In this document: one piece after another, positions 11,640 through 26,233 of the stretch
Position numbering within the stretch: position 1 is the stretch's first letter
Layout of the letters: every line of letters starts with the position of its first letter
DNA from: Haplodiscus bocki
Taxonomy: Eukaryota
Length of the DNA: 64,000 bases
Direction of reading: 5' to 3'
Assembly (NCBI GenBank): GCA_965655095.1
Contig: OZ296652.1
Span: forward strand, 42,594,001-42,658,000
Notes under the pieces: model-generated
Told to the model about the DNA's origin: nothing
The model's input: the letters and a program-made list of their open reading frames with translations, nothing else
Databases searched by the model: none
Position numbers and translations under genes: made by a program

Positions 11640-14600
11640 TCCAGCTCGAAGAGTTTAAAAAAACAAACTCCTGAATGCTCAAACTGATGCCAAGAGAAGA
11701 TTGACGAAGTTAGCTAGTTTTATCTACAGCGCAAGTGCTCATACTCCAACGTGTTTAACTGGTGTTTATGCAGTGGAATGCTTGCTCCTGTCTTTATATT
11801 ACAACACAATCAAATTTTTCCACTCGGACACAGCCAAACGTGGAGGAAGACATTCACTTCTTTCACCGTGCAATTGTAGATTGTGTTGGATCAGTTCTGC
11901 CATATACATTCACAGCAGCACCTTACCCGACATCTTTTCATCAGCGAAAAAGACTTCGAGGTTCATACAACAATCCTTTGAAACGGGTTTTGATGAACTA
12001 GAGAACTCAAAACCATTTCCAACTACTAGTTTTTTCTGGCCGATTTAGTTCTTCAGAAAAAGAACTCCTCATCAAAATCACCCAATTAGACGTTCTGAAA
12101 GAGATCTAAAAAAATTAACGAGATAGAAGGAAAAACTCGAGAAAGAAAATAAAACTACAGAAAACGTAAGGAAACGAACCTAACAATGGGCACTGGAACA
12201 AATTCATGGAATATTGTGGGTTTTTTTCGAAGGAAAGGTTTGACCAATGAAAATATAATTCCGGGGAAATCAAAGAAGTTTCAACGTTGCCCACATTTCC
12301 GTAAACCTAGCCCCATGGATGAAATTGTCCAGTGCCACTTTAAAACTGACTTGCTGGTAGTTTTTCTTGGGGTTCAAAGAGGAGCGACAGGGACTTAGCA
12401 CAGGCAACCAACGATCGCTGCAAAAATTTTCAATACGAAGAAGGAAGTTAACCCCTTGCTTTTGTTTGGAACGAATATACCTCACACTGGACGGTCCAAT
12501 GAAAATTTTATGAAAGAGTGGCATCCGAGAGACATCAAATAAGCCGGATGTTTAAGCCGACGAATGCTTTTTTAGATCTGTCTCCACATTTGCAAGACGT
12601 TAGACGACATAACACAAAAGCTTCAGGTGAAGGCCCATTTTTGTTCGCTAACGGTCGTTGGTTTTCTTCTGTCGTCTCTTTAGAGTTGTCTTTGATAATT
12701 TTGTAAAAAACGTGAACCGGGACTGACTTTCTGTGAAGAGATCAGTAATCAAACACAACTCGCTTTCAAAAAAACGACTTTGTCGTTGAATTCTTAAGCT
12801 CAGAAATGCTTTTAAAACACATATTTTCAGACACTCACTTTTCGTCATGGGACTTGAAACTGCTATCTTTTTTGAGGCGAAAAAACCAAAGCTAGAGCAA
12901 AGGTTTGAAAAACTTTCGGAGCCACTGTCAAGCGAAACGACGCAATATGACTGAACTTGCCAAAATTGTTTCCACCATTTTTTTCACCACCGGTTTGCGA
13001 CAAGGCGAACGACAAAAATTTTTTAGCCCAAGCAGAAGACTGCTCAAAGTTTTGTTCTCAGGATGCTATTAACCCAGGCAAACCAATCACTTTGTTTTAA
13101 AAAATGCATGCTTAAGTAAAAAAAATTAACGACCCCGAAACAAAGAAGAGAAAATAGAGGGACTGAAAACAACTCGCCGAAGCCGGAAAACTGACAAGAG
13201 ACAAACATTTATTGGAAAACAACTGCTTAAAAGAGGAGAAAACATAGACTCTTTTACTTATTCAGAACTATCGCTTGAAGCAGTCTGTTCAAAAGCGCAC
13301 ATCTGAACGTTGTAAAAGAACTTTCTTCAGTAAACATTACCTAAGCTATCACTTGAGGAGTTGGTCCCAGTCAGGATGTCCTTGCCACAATTGTCAAAAA
13401 CAATAATGGCAAGAGAACAACTTGCAAGTACGACAGACAAAAGTTGAGACGCGATGAAGGTAAAAAAAACTTCTGTCAACAATCAAAACCTAAAATGCCC
13501 TTGTTGCCGCACTGTTGATTAGGTCCTGCTTGCAGTTGAACTGAAGGTTCCTCATTTTCTTTACAAAGCAATTTTGATTGCCAGATTGGCAATGCTCTTC
13601 CTTAAACATCACCATGGAAAAATCTTCCACAATTCCGTCGACACTGTGAAATAGTTTCCAAGAAAACATAATCACTCCATTGTCGATTGGAGCGACAATA
13701 TAAACGACCCCGACTGATCCAATCCCAGAGAAAAAACAGCGGGCCGAAAACTACAGCTTTCATTAGAATTGGAAATTCTATACACTTTCCGGTACCCTTG
13801 AGGGAAACTTATCTGTGTTATGAACCAAAATACAAAGTATTTACCTTGCAACTTCTGTCAGTGGGTGGACAAAGAACAAAATCAACCAATTAAAGTTACA
13901 AGTCGCAACTGCCAACCCACTCAAATTATCTGCCTGTAGTGCACATCCAAGTAATCTTCAACTATGCATTGCTTACTCCACAGTATGAATCAACAGGATA
14001 TAAACTGTTTCATATATGGCTTTAAGGTAGCTGGGCATTTGAGATATCGTTCTTCAATGCAATCCTCCGATGAGCATGTACGCCACTTGCAAACGAATGT
14101 AACTACATTTTCGCCATTGAAAGTTGAACTTAGCCAACCTAAAGATGACTTTACAACGCTAATGGGAACTCGTCAGATGTCAAATTGCGAAGAACTAAAC
14201 GAATGCAAGGTCATCATTTTTTTTACCGATCGAAAAACATTGTCCCAAATCGGTTTTGGAATAATCTGAAGGTTGATTTAGAATTTGAATTTTTTGTTTT
14301 GGAGTAAGGCCTAGCTCACCGCCTTTAACTGATAATAAAAGAATAGAAAAATCTCATCTGTAACGTCAAAGGACGGTCATTGTCATCCAAAGAGATTGTC
14401 TGAGTCAAAACTGTTTTCACATCTTTTCACCACAAAAATCTAGCTGCGCCAACTGCAAAGCGGTCTCATCATTGAAGCAGCCAACAGTGGGACGTCGAAG
14501 CTACAGGAAAGAAAATTGAATTCACTAACTCAAAAAGCCTTTGGTTTGCCCCAGAAGTAAGCCATTTCAACTTTGAAAACCCCGTCAACCGGTCGCCGGA

Positions 14601-17600
14601 GTTTCGCAAGTTTTTTTTAAAAAACAACCGTCTTCCAACTGCATTCTTGATAATTGCAAACAACTTTGACAATGGAAAACTGCAAAAAAATTGCGAGCAT
14701 TAAAAAATTCTCAAACTTTCACTCAAATGGACCTGCTTAATACCTGAAAACACGAAATGAAGGTGCCATTGAGTTCTCCTTGGAGGTTGAATGACGATAC
14801 TTTGACAAAATTCCATCAGACGAACGCTAGGAGAATTTTCTTGGTGTCAACAAAACAGACATTCTTGATGGGGTTTTGAACTTTTGACCTTCTCACCAGG
14901 TCAGAAAAACAGGCGCCCTGCCTTACATAAACTAGTTGAAAAAGCTGATACAATCATTTCCGGACAAAACCTGCTACAGACTTCATGTTTCACCCTTAAA
15001 GTTTGAGCGGACAAATGACTGCCTGCCACGAAAAAACAGATCTCCAGCCGTTTCAACAATAAGAGTTGATGAAATGATAATACAACTTGATAGAGAGAAA
15101 CGCCATCAGTTTGAAAACAAACTTGAGAACGTTTTGTCCAAATTGATAAACAACAGTTGCAACTGGAAAACACTAAAAAGTAAACTCAATCACGTCATCG
15201 TCTGACTTGTGGGTTCAAAAGACTGGGTAAAGCAACTGGCTTGAACCCATGTGTCCTGCATTTTAAAGGCCTATGATGGGAACTTTCCTGCAAAGTTTTG
15301 CAAAAAATGAATTTCTCATGGAACAAAACAAATGTTGTTTGAGCAACCGTGCCCGATCCCACTACGTATCGCATGTTCTACATTCACCGCAATGCCGTCG
15401 AGAAACATTTCAACCGCCGGTTGCAATAGTTAGACACATTTTTTAAATTGTACGAACTAAAGCGGGAGACTTTAACAAGAAGCTAAGAATCAATCTGTTG
15501 CTAAATCAACAATCCCTCTTCTCGAACAAACCTGAGAGCCACAAGTTGTAGAAATTAGACAGAAAACATTCACTTACTTCCAAATTCAATAATGGAATTG
15601 CAGGTTGCTTACTGTACGAGTTCGTCGGATTGAGAACTAAGATCTATTCAATTCTCAACAGTGGTGAACATTAATTTTCGTAGAATGGTGTTACAGGATT
15701 TGATTAGCGAAGGTTCCAACATGCAGAACATTGACAATCACTGAATCACTGAACACCAGAAGTTCGTTTTGTACAATAAACAAACATATTAGTTCAAAAA
15801 AGCACCAGCTTCAAAAAACACAATACAAACAAGCTCTCGGCTGATACTTTCGACGACCAACAGTTCGATATGGAAAACAGTTTTCAATGTTTCCATTTGG
15901 TCACCAAGCCACTAAAGAAATTGCAATGTTTCGAAAAAAACAGAAGACGATGAGTAAAAAGAAGAACATGCAGCAGGTAGTGGAACAAGGTTTTACTTTT
16001 TCAATGAGGATAAATATCTGACAAAGTAGTTCGAAAAATTTTGAAAGAATTGATTGTGTTTAGAAACCCTTTTGACCTATTGTCACATAGGACACCTCCA
16101 GATCCGGGACTGGATCGAAAAACGTATTCTCTCGACAAACTTAAGAAAAAATCGACAATCTCAGACGTGTCGGAAGACGATAAAGCACAGTCACCCAGAA
16201 ACTTTTTCGCGGACATTTATGACAAAAAAGACCAACTGGACGTTGTTGAAAGCCTAAAGAAAGACAATTTATGTAATATACAGGTCATGAGAGTACTTAC
16301 ACAGTGCAAAAAAACGTTCTTCCCGTTCAGGAAGATACGATGACTTTGAAAACTTCTCCACTGTCCACGAAACAGAAAAAAAACAAAAGAAGAGTGGACC
16401 TGAGTGCTCGGGAGACAAACTGATCGAGTTTCAATTTTTAGGTTTCCTGTTAGAAGCTCATAGTGGTTTGCAGCTTTAGTGTGTTGATAATTTTGTGCAA
16501 GGTTACTTTTTTGGATTCTGGCGTTTTTAGTTGCTACAGAAGAAAACGGTGTTTCATAAAAAAACTGTTGGCCCTTAATTAACGAAAGATTCTGAGAAAT
16601 TTTGTAATCACCACAAAAGTTGTTTTGTTGTACGCTATAGTTAGCCGAGTTTAACTCGAAGTCAGTTTTCGTTAGGTCAACCTCCACAAAATATCCGAAA
16701 GTTCGCTTTACAGTAACATTTAAAAACAAAACCCACCTGTAAGTGAGTTTTTGAAGGCAAGAAGCATGCCAAACGAATTCATGGAAGTCGTCTCGGAAAA
16801 GTTCTACCAAAACGCACTTGATTTTTAAGAAAACGTTTATCAAAACTCTCCCGCAGTGTCCGATAGTACTTTGCCGGCATTCTACTAAAAAGGAATCAAC
16901 CAGGTTGTTAGAAATGCTGACTCCTTTGCGTTAGATTTTCTTCTCATAGCACCCGCACTTACTGTATAATGTTTGGAGTTTTCCGTTGTTGTGTTTATCC
17001 ACTGTGATTAGAGCGTACTCAAATTAGGTGAACCATTGGAGCAGCAGCCACTGACATTTTTGAATTGGAATTCATTTACCATTCCTCGTCTATATACTTA
17101 AACTCTGTAGAGAGATAGAGAACGTGAGACAAAGCCCTGCACTTTTTGACAATTTCGCCAAATGTCCTCAAAAAACTTACTAATTTGTTTGAGCCTTCCA
17201 AACAAGCTCATTTTGTTGTGCAATTTCTATATTATCCCGAACCGAAACAGAATAAGAAATTCAACTTTCAGCGCGCTTCAAACAGAACGACTCTTCTTCT
17301 GCAAACTTTGGCTTATGTTCTTTTGGAAGCTTTTTACACTCTTTTTGTTTTTCTTAGCAATTGGGCCTCTAATTTTCAGACTAATTTCTTTGTGATTCCC
17401 AGTGTTCCCATAATTCGAAGAACACTTTTGTCCTTGTCCATTGAAACGGTAGCAGACGTGTTATGCGTAAAGTTATTCTACAAGTGAAGGCAAAATTTTT
17501 TGAGGACAAGAAATCTGTTGGCTAAAAAGATGGAAAACGAAGGAGTTTGGATAGTGAGACAGTCAACGCTTGGCGCATTTCCTCTGGTCCCGTATTCGCA

Positions 17601-20600
17601 TCGACTCCTTGAATGTTGGTTAATTACTCAGCCACATTTGATCTGATTAACAACCGGGGGCACACTGACACTGCTTAACTTTCCAGTACACTGGTGTGCA
17701 AATGATTGACCGAACACATAACAATTGACGTTCTCAAAGTTCGTCACTGGCACGAAATTTTTGTTCGAGATTTTGCCGAAATGAAAGTATCGAATTTTTT
17801 GAGTTTGTTTTTTACCAAGTGTATTTAGTTTTTAATGAAAACATTACTACACTTGCGCAACCAGTGTTGTATCGCACAAAAGTGTGAGATTATGGTGAGG
17901 ATGCGAATTGACATTTTGCAGTGACATTTGAATTCTCTGGCATTTTTGGCCCATCATGAAAATTTTCTTGGTTGCGCAAAAACGAAGGAAACTCAATTCA
18001 AAGACCCTTCCACAGACAGGAAATTGTCTTCGAATACCTTCGTGGAGAGAATCAATCCACTAATTTGAAGAAATTGGCTGAATTTTAAAATAGGGATTTG
18101 ACATTTTTTTCTGTTTCTTGTGGAGTATGAGGACTCCGACGCAGGGGTCAAAACCGGTCATCTTCCTTCAGAAAATTGGTCCTCAAGTGAAAAAGTATTA
18201 ATGGAGCCCCTGAAGAATGACTGGAAGCTCGTAGTTGGGGAGGAAGAAAGTTTTCGAAAACCTAGATGTGATTAAAATCTTTGTCGGCATATTTGGTTTG
18301 TCAGCTGTCCCAATCAAGGAGACAGATCATGCTCGGAAGGGACTTAATGCTACGCCTGGGGCAGGATCTTCCCGCAAGACAAAAAAGGCAAGCCATTGTT
18401 GGTAGAAACGTCTTTTCACCTCGAATTTCACATAAGAGAAAACATCTACAAAATCTTCGGAAGAGATCAACTTTTTCGACGGAAACTCGTTCCGGCTGCA
18501 ATTGGAACATGGTGTAAAACAAATTGGTGTACACAAATCGTTTTTGCGATCCCATTTCGGCATCCATTACATTCATTGCTTCCAATCCATATGACAAGAG
18601 GTTAACAAAAAACTCAAAAGCCAAAAAAAAACGATTCTGAACGTGGTTCTGCTAAAACTCTATTGAGAAATTTTGTGACGGTGAGACAAAAAACTTACGT
18701 AGTTTTTTGGAGCCCCCCTTTTTACATTGATTGACATGTTTGATTGCCTTTAGACGTAACTCACAGAAGATAATGCAACTCGACAGAAAAACTCAAAGAA
18801 AATGAAAACATTGGCTTGATCATTGCGTTCTATCGCCAGAAAAACTAGCAAAATCAATGTGACAACAAACACAAAACTTCACATCAACAACTGGAATTTC
18901 TTTGTTTTGTCGAATATGAGTATTGGGTTTTTCAATTTTGTCTTCTGTAACATCGGAACAAAATTCAGGAAAAAAGTTCAAAATATTCCAAAAGAGGATA
19001 AATATCGCCTTTTTTCGCTTAGATTTTCAACGAAAAATTCAGCAATTGGCCACCGCAGCCAAACCTTAAGAAACCAACAACTAGGGTCGCCATCTAATCA
19101 AATGCAGAATATGGATTGTTTTTAGACACATTTCGGAGTGTAGAAGGCTTCAACTTGGCGTAAAAGTTCGAACAAGCTGGAGTTTCAAGGTTTATTTTCA
19201 CTCAGAAAAATTCTAACGAGAAACTTTGTGAGCAAAACGGAAAACTGCCATCCCCAAAATAAAAGTTTACTCAAAACCCAGAAAAAATATCAAGTAGGTT
19301 GAAGTTTTAGGTGCCATTATAAGAACTTCCTTGAGCAAAGGCCTCCGGAACACTATAACAAATTCTCTTTTCAAAATTTTTGGGAACAATTCCGAACAAC
19401 TACCTTTCTGACAGAAACCCAAGTGTAATAAATTTTAAAAGGTATGTCTTTTTTGAGTGAAGTCAAATAAACAAGTATTAAGTATTCTAAGACTTGTACT
19501 CAGTATAATGGACGGGAATCTGATGGAAATTTTTGAAAAAAAAATCGTCAAGGTAGCTGAGATCAACTATCTGACCATTTCCAGTATTGTTGTTTTGCGC
19601 TTCCAAAATAAAAGAGATGTGTGGACTAGACCAAACGTAAACGTTTGCAACTTACATGAATCTTCAACAACCCAATAGATGCTCGGTTTCAAAAACTCGT
19701 TTGAAGCTTGAGTGAGAACGCAACCGACAAAAAGCAAAACTTGTTAAAAAAGTTGGTTTTTGTGCAGAATTAACGCAATTCACAGCTCTAAATCCGGGAA
19801 CAAACGAATAAAAAAAACAATTTTAACTAAGTATTTCTAAAATAGCTGGATGCAGATTTTTTTTGGAAAAAAAATACCAAAAACGTGCCAAACGTCAAAC
19901 AGAAACTAGTAGCTGATAGAATGGAGTTCTTCAGTTAGATTTGAACAAAATTCAGGAAAATTGAACCCCCACTGTGGAAATATGTTACTCTCGGAAAAAT
20001 AAGTCTAGTCAAAGCAGGAAAACGAAACCGAGGATGGAGTTATTTTCTAAAAAAGAGGGAAAAAGGTCAGTAAACAATCAAAGGTTAATATGCAACAGAA
20101 AAAAGCATTTTGTTAACGTTCATGAAGAAATCAAAAAATTTTTTGCAATTATTTGAAGATGTTTTGAGCTTTGAACAAAAAATTCTGACTTCAGAGTAGG
20201 TTGAGCGGAATAAAGTGCCTGTGATTTTTCAAGGAAGGGTGTGCAAAGAAGCTTAGCTTCGCTTTCATTAAGCTCGCCAATCCCCACAACTTTCTGAAAA
20301 GCCTGCCTCAAGTAAAAAGCTGTGGATTGAGAGCTTCACAGGAAAAGTGAAGCAGGTACTTGTTAAGAAACTTGAAATTGATTGCAGAAGTTTTTCATTC
20401 CTTTGATAATATTTTGGCAGTTTCCAAGTATGATTATTCCAAGAGAAGAAAAACATCCATTTTTCTCTAAACTTCTTGCACAAGTAAGAAATTGATGTCA
20501 GGGATTTCTTTAGACAAAGTCAAGGCAATTGTTTTTTAGAATTGAGGAAACTGAAAATCGTTGTCTGCATAAATGTCTGACGCAAAGAGAATTAGCTTTT

Positions 20601-21700
20601 TTTGGTAAATTGGGTTCTTTTGGCAGAGGATGGTTGAGCTCTTGTTGCAAAAGTTTGAGCTGGTAGTTTTGAAAAACCAAGAGTCAAGTCATGGAAAAAC
20701 AACCAACTTGCATGAAAACTGTTCAAATTTTGGCTAAGTCAAACAAAATGTTAGTAAATAAATTTTTGCCTTTTTTCCAAATTCTCGAAGTTTTCCTTTG
20801 GAACTATGGATGTTCATGGAAGTTTTGGTTGCAGTGTCTCACCTGTGGCATCGAAAAGTTTCTCCCTTGAGTGTTCATTTTTCCACTCTCCTGAAGGCCA
20901 CTCTTGACAAACATTTCTTGTGAAGATGTCACTAAGATTCAAACAATTCTTAGTTGAAAGAATGTGAGTTGTTAAATTAAAAATTAATACGTCTTCTGAA
21001 AAAATCATGAAAGTTGAGTTTCCTCAACTTCTTGCATGCTGAAAACTTGAATCATTTTCAGCTATGTTTTTGCAGAATGTCTCAATATTTTTTATCGGCG
21101 TATTCAGTCGGAAGTTTTTTTAGAAGACGCGTGGCAAACGCCGGGACTTTTTCGCCCTCAAAAAATAGATGAAACAATAAATTGCCCCAATTGGAAGTAA
21201 TAATTGTCCAAAAAAAGTTGGACTCTCAATTTTGTTGTTTTTCCAATATTTTCAAATAAAGTTCCGGCAACCACAATTTATTTGAGATAGAAAACTCTGC
21301 TAGACGCATTCTAGGGAAAATTTTGAAAAAAAGCGAAATAAGTTTTGCGTGCAATTTTGCTCCAACGCGCATGAAGCAACTCTTTTGAAAAACATTTCTG
21401 AATGTTAAACGAATGATTTTTCTGTCAAATAACAAAATTTGGGCTGGAAGTGTTCAGCAAATTGATTTGGGCTTGAGTGTATGCACGTATCCGATTTGTT
21501 ACTTCGATTTTTTGTTTCCCAGATAGAATTATAGTAGGAACTACATCAGAAAACGAAGTGAAAATATTAGTCAAGGCTGTTGTAATGTACTTCATACATG
21601 AATGCAAGAAAATTAAAAGAAGTATCTGAAAAGTTTGTACGTCCGTACGAAATACATGACTCTTTTCTCGCGTAAACTAGGACATGAAAAACAGAATTCA
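11640..21700. mobile_element. Heavily decayed Polinton-like region (element A); boundaries approximate
   Basis: Contains a pPolB remnant; surrounded by intronless broken ORFs that I cannot name. Confidence 0.4.
13570..15910 (+). pseudogene. Protein-primed DNA polymerase B remnant (Polinton A)
   Basis: Ordered degenerate motifs: IHFPVPL (~13790), IEAA..GG (~14470), IANN (motif A DANNLY, ~14650), KLINNSCNWKT (motif B, ~15140), EFVGLRTKIYSIL (~15620), FDDQ...PFGH (~15850-15905); many frameshifts. Confidence 0.75.
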
Positions 21701-24314
21701 AGCAAAACTGGCTGGACTGTTTAATTCGAGATATCAGCGTTCTCTTTGTTGAAGATTCAGATCGGATGAACTTAACAGTTTTTCACCTAAAACTTTGAGG
21801 TTACTTTATTCAGTTTGGTCTGGTGAAATTTGCGTTTAGTTGGGAGTATGGAACGTTTAACGACAACCTTTCATAATTTTTCGCCTATATGGGCACACCA
21901 AAATTGAGAAATATGACCTTTTTCTTACACGAGGGTTCATAATGAATGCATAACTGAAATTGCATGAAGATATGATGAATAAAAACTGGAACTAGAGATT
22001 ATGAGAAACGAGATGAAACCTACGCTCGCCCTAGTCAAAAACTTCAGTCAGAAGGAAAATGAACACACTTTTCAGAAATTATTTCGCCGGTACTCAAATT
22101 AAACAATGTTTTTTAAACAAAGATTTGTCTTTTTCAATTCGTAACAATAGGCTCTGCGAAATTTCCAGTCGAGCGTGGGTAGCAAAGGGCTCACAAATTC
22201 AACGAGTGAAAATTCTAGGAAAAATCAGACACACTACAGTGCGAAGAGGCCCTATGTTGATAGAAAAGACAATTTTTCAAAATTTATGGTTTTCCCAGAA
22301 CTCATTTCAACGTGTCCATAAGAACATTTTTAGCGTTTTTCCTTGAAGAATTTTCAACTATTGAGTTTTCTTCGGACTTTCAGCGAAAAGTTTTCAGAAT
22401 TAAAGCAAAAAATTTGTAGCTGGGTTGTCAAACCTTCATTTTACCTGTGAATGGAAACATTTTGGTTTGAAATTTTTGTGAATTGAACATGTTCACTCCG
22501 AAAGGGCAATGAACGGAGAAAAAGGCGTACTTAATAAGAGAAAAAAAAACAAAACGGAACTTCTCGAAAGGAATTCCATTACCAAGTTTTTACTTTATGA
22601 CTGCAAGTCAATAACTTCTTGGTTAACAACCATGAAATCAACTGAACCCTTCTATTTGTTGTGGGTTTTGGGAGGTTGAAAAAAGTTTCGATCCATTACC
22701 ATCGCTACAGATACTATTGATTCTCTGGCTGAATAAGCCTTGATCACAAATTAACCTTTAATCAAGTTTGTACCACTTAATACCCAATACTACAACAAAA
22801 AAAGAACAATCACGCTTCTTTTCAATCAACATAATTGACGAGATATTGTCACAGAGGCATGTGGTTGTAGAAGAGAAGGCGGATGGAAATTTGAATCACC
22901 ATTTAGTTTTAATTACCATTCTCGCCTGGAGCGGTGCATGACTAACGCTGTATTTGTGGTTTAAATTCAAGCAACAGCTGCGGTGCGTCAGTTGTTTTAT
23001 CAGTAAACAGAAAGAGTCTCTAGCGTTTTTATTTTCCTACTTTCGTTGCCTTGCTGGCTCGACAAACGAAGATTGCGTAAGTTCAATAGCAAGGAGTTTT
23101 TGATCGATGAAAGGGAAACAGGAATTGAAAAAAATTAATTATTCAATTTAAAAAGGAAATTGAAATGCGTTCAACCAAATTGATTTGAAAACGTATGTCT
23201 CTGGGGACTGAATCACGACTGCGGTAAGCAAAGAAAGGGGAATTTGTGAGATGACAGCAGTGTAGTTATATTAAAAGTTTCTGCAGTTGTCTCCAGAATT
23301 TAACTAAAATTGTTTTCCCGTTCTCTAGTCAGTCTCAGCATTAAAACTTCGGAAGTAATTGTCAATTCAACTTACTAGCGAAAATTTACAACAGAATCTT
23401 ATAACAGAAGGACTCGTATTATAAATTAGAAAGTTTATCATCAAGGTTCACTAGAGTTTTTAAACATTATTTCAAAAAATCTGATACAAATACCCACAAA
23501 TTTACTGAAAATTATTTCATTAGTTTCATCCAAAAGTATAAATTATGGTTTTTTGGAGGACTTTCCGAAGAGATCTGAACTACTTTCGAGAAGAAACTCA
23601 GTTTGTAAATTTGTTATTGAAGCTTTTGACTGGGGTGAAAAGTATGATATTCGCTTTTTCTAGCACTGCTTTTTCCTTTTGTAGCTTTTAGTAAATTTTA
23701 GATTATGCTTTTATATATAAACGTACCATTTAAATTTTATCTTTTTGACTACACTCAGTAATTGGCAATTCGCCGTCTACTGGTTCAGATCTTAGTTTTC
23801 CCCGAAATGTCTAAACCATGAATGAATCTCCGGATTTCTTGGCGGGGTTGAGACGTTTTAAGTTTTACTTAAGACTCGGGTAAGAGCTCGCTTCAAGCGG
23901 CAACTCGATGATTTTCTGTCGTTCCCTTACTTGTTGGGTTTGTGGGGGTTGTGTAGCTTAAGATTCACTCTTGCTTGAGAACCGAAGTTTGTCCACGGAA
24001 TCCGCACACGCCAATGCCGAAGCTGGCGTTAGTGGACACCGTTCAGACTACAGTGGCAAGAGTATGGAATGGGTAAGTAAAAGGAGAAAATTTTTACAAG
24101 TCGGAAACAAAGTTGGACTTAGAATTTCATCGTAGGTTTAGAATAAATTTGCAACTAAAACAGAATTTGTCTTAGAATGTTTTTGTACAATTTGAGCAAA
24201 CTTGCGACTAAGACAGAAAATGAAATTGAATTGGATTATTTTTGTAGGACTTGAGCAAATTTGCTACTAAGACAGAAAATGAAATTTTCTTTGAATGGTT
24301 CTGGTATATTGAAG

Positions 24315-24523
24315 TTGGACATAAAACTTTTAGTCTAGGAAGGGCATTGGAAACCCGGACTTGAAATATATTTGTCCGAAGAGAAGACAGAAGAGGAATT
24401 GGACTTATAATAATTTTGTCCAAGCAAGGAGAGGAGAGAAAGGGAGTTTGGACTTAGAACAATTTTGTCCAAAAGAGTAGGTAGAAGGGAGGAAGGGAGT
24501 TGGACTTAGAATAATTTGTCCAA
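24315..24523. repeat. Array of five short palindromic units TTGGAC-N12/13-GTCCAA separated by purine-rich spacers
   Basis: Units at 24315, 24355, 24399, 24448, 24500; more degenerate copies from ~24113. Confidence 0.8.
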
Positions 24524-25769
24524 GTAAAAGGGAAATTAGAAGAAGAGAGCAAGTCAGAAGAGGAGTGAGGAGTCCCGTCCGTTAGGCGGGAAGAAAATTT
24601 ATGATCGAGTTGGTTTCGCAGATCGACTCCAAAATAACTGCATGCTGCCATATCATGCAACAAATATGAAATCGGCTTGTACCAAGCATCTTAGCTGCAG
24701 GAGCCAATAAAGAAATTGCTCGTTAGACTTTTTTCTAAAAATAAATTGGTGCAATCCCAACGTTTTATTTATTCCACCAGCTTTTTTTGTCCCTTTATAT
24801 TCATCATCATCGTTTCACAAGTTTAGCTTGAATTAATTAAACTTTTAATTTATTTAACGTTTTAGTTTTATGTGTAATGCGACAATGCTTCGCGGCATTG
24901 TTTTTGATTTTTGTCATAGTATAATAAGTCAAACGGGTGTCTTTATTTTATTGAAAGACTTTGATTGTTGAGATTTTCTTAAGAAAACTTTTGGAAAATT
25001 ATTAGGTCCCAATATGTTCTTCCGGGTGTGGGGGTTTTAAAACGGAACGTTACAATACTGATGTTTGTGATAATAACTAACGGCAGAAGTTCAGTTGTTC
25101 AATCTGTAGAACTGATCACATTAGAATTCGTCAGTGTGTGCAAAATGGGATTTTCAATTCAGAGCCAAATTGGTTAACATATGTCTGACACTAATCTTAC
25201 ATGGATTCATGTAATCAAATCATCAAAACACCTGAGTGTGTCGTCCATGTGTTACATTTTCGAATTAGAATTAATAATCATGAGCGGGCAAATTCGCACG
25301 GATTAGGCGTAGAATAAAAATGAGTGATTTTGTACCATGATCTTGTTGTGATCTTTGCCTCAGTGGCGGTTAGGCACGAAATCACTCGTCCCGAGATCAA
25401 AACCCTCACACTTCGATGCTTTTGTTGAAAAATAATCTCAAAGTTTTGGGTTGTTCTGTGCAAAACCTGTAACATCACACACTACTGGTTGCTTTTGCTC
25501 ATCCTCACATCTGAAATATCCAAACTTGCTTTCTAATTTCAGTACTCCAAGCTCTTATTGGTGATTTAAAGCATAGAGATTGATGTAGGAAACTACGTCA
25601 CGAAAGAATCTAGGCCGGAAAGTAATTCAGCTGGTGTGAATTACAGATCAGTATTGGAACTTTTGTGATCTCCACATCGTACGTTCTACCAACTTGGCCT
25701 CGTGTTTGCTCAGGAAATTTTACAAGGCGTTTCTGAACCAATTTGATGTTGAATTAAACGATACGACTA

Positions 25770-26233
25770 CCCTGGAAAGACAACTATGGTAAAATATGAC
25801 AACCATGCCATTTAATGGCATGAACATGGTGTTTCATACTCACCATGACATGATCATGATAATTTCATAACATGTTTGGCACGGTTGTCATGGAACATGA
25901 TATGATCATAACATATTTGTTAACGAAGAAACCAGGATCATGCCATGGTTGTTATCGACGATACCATGATCATACCATTATGACCATGTTCATTATTATT
26001 GCGTAATCCGGACGGTATTTACTCAACCAATTTTGTTAATTGGTACTCATGTGATGGTCCGTTACTTTTTAACGAGGAATATGTTGGAAGAGTCCATCAG
26101 AAACTACCAGAGAGGCGTCTAATAAAATGGAAAGTAAGGCGATCATGTCCTTATCGTCATGAATCATGGCAACCACCGCCAAGAAAATTGGCCACCATAC
26201 CGTCCGTCATCATGATCTCGCCATGATCATGGG
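25770..26233. mobile_element. CATG-rich MITE-like repeat
   Basis: CCC...GGG ends; dense (c)catgatcatg motifs in both arms. Confidence 0.6.

Noticed and set aside
16217-16843. Longest ORF (208 aa) as a functional gene
   Set aside because: Non-ATG start, no recognisable motif, embedded in a decayed element
24315-24523. CRISPR array
   Set aside because: Eukaryotic context, no cas genes, degenerate repeats and short low-complexity spacers
25647-25788. Extra exon (QYWNFCDL...LERQLW) of the discoidin gene
   Set aside because: Entry phase is incompatible with exon 1, the donor lies inside a MITE, and it would interrupt the discoidin domain
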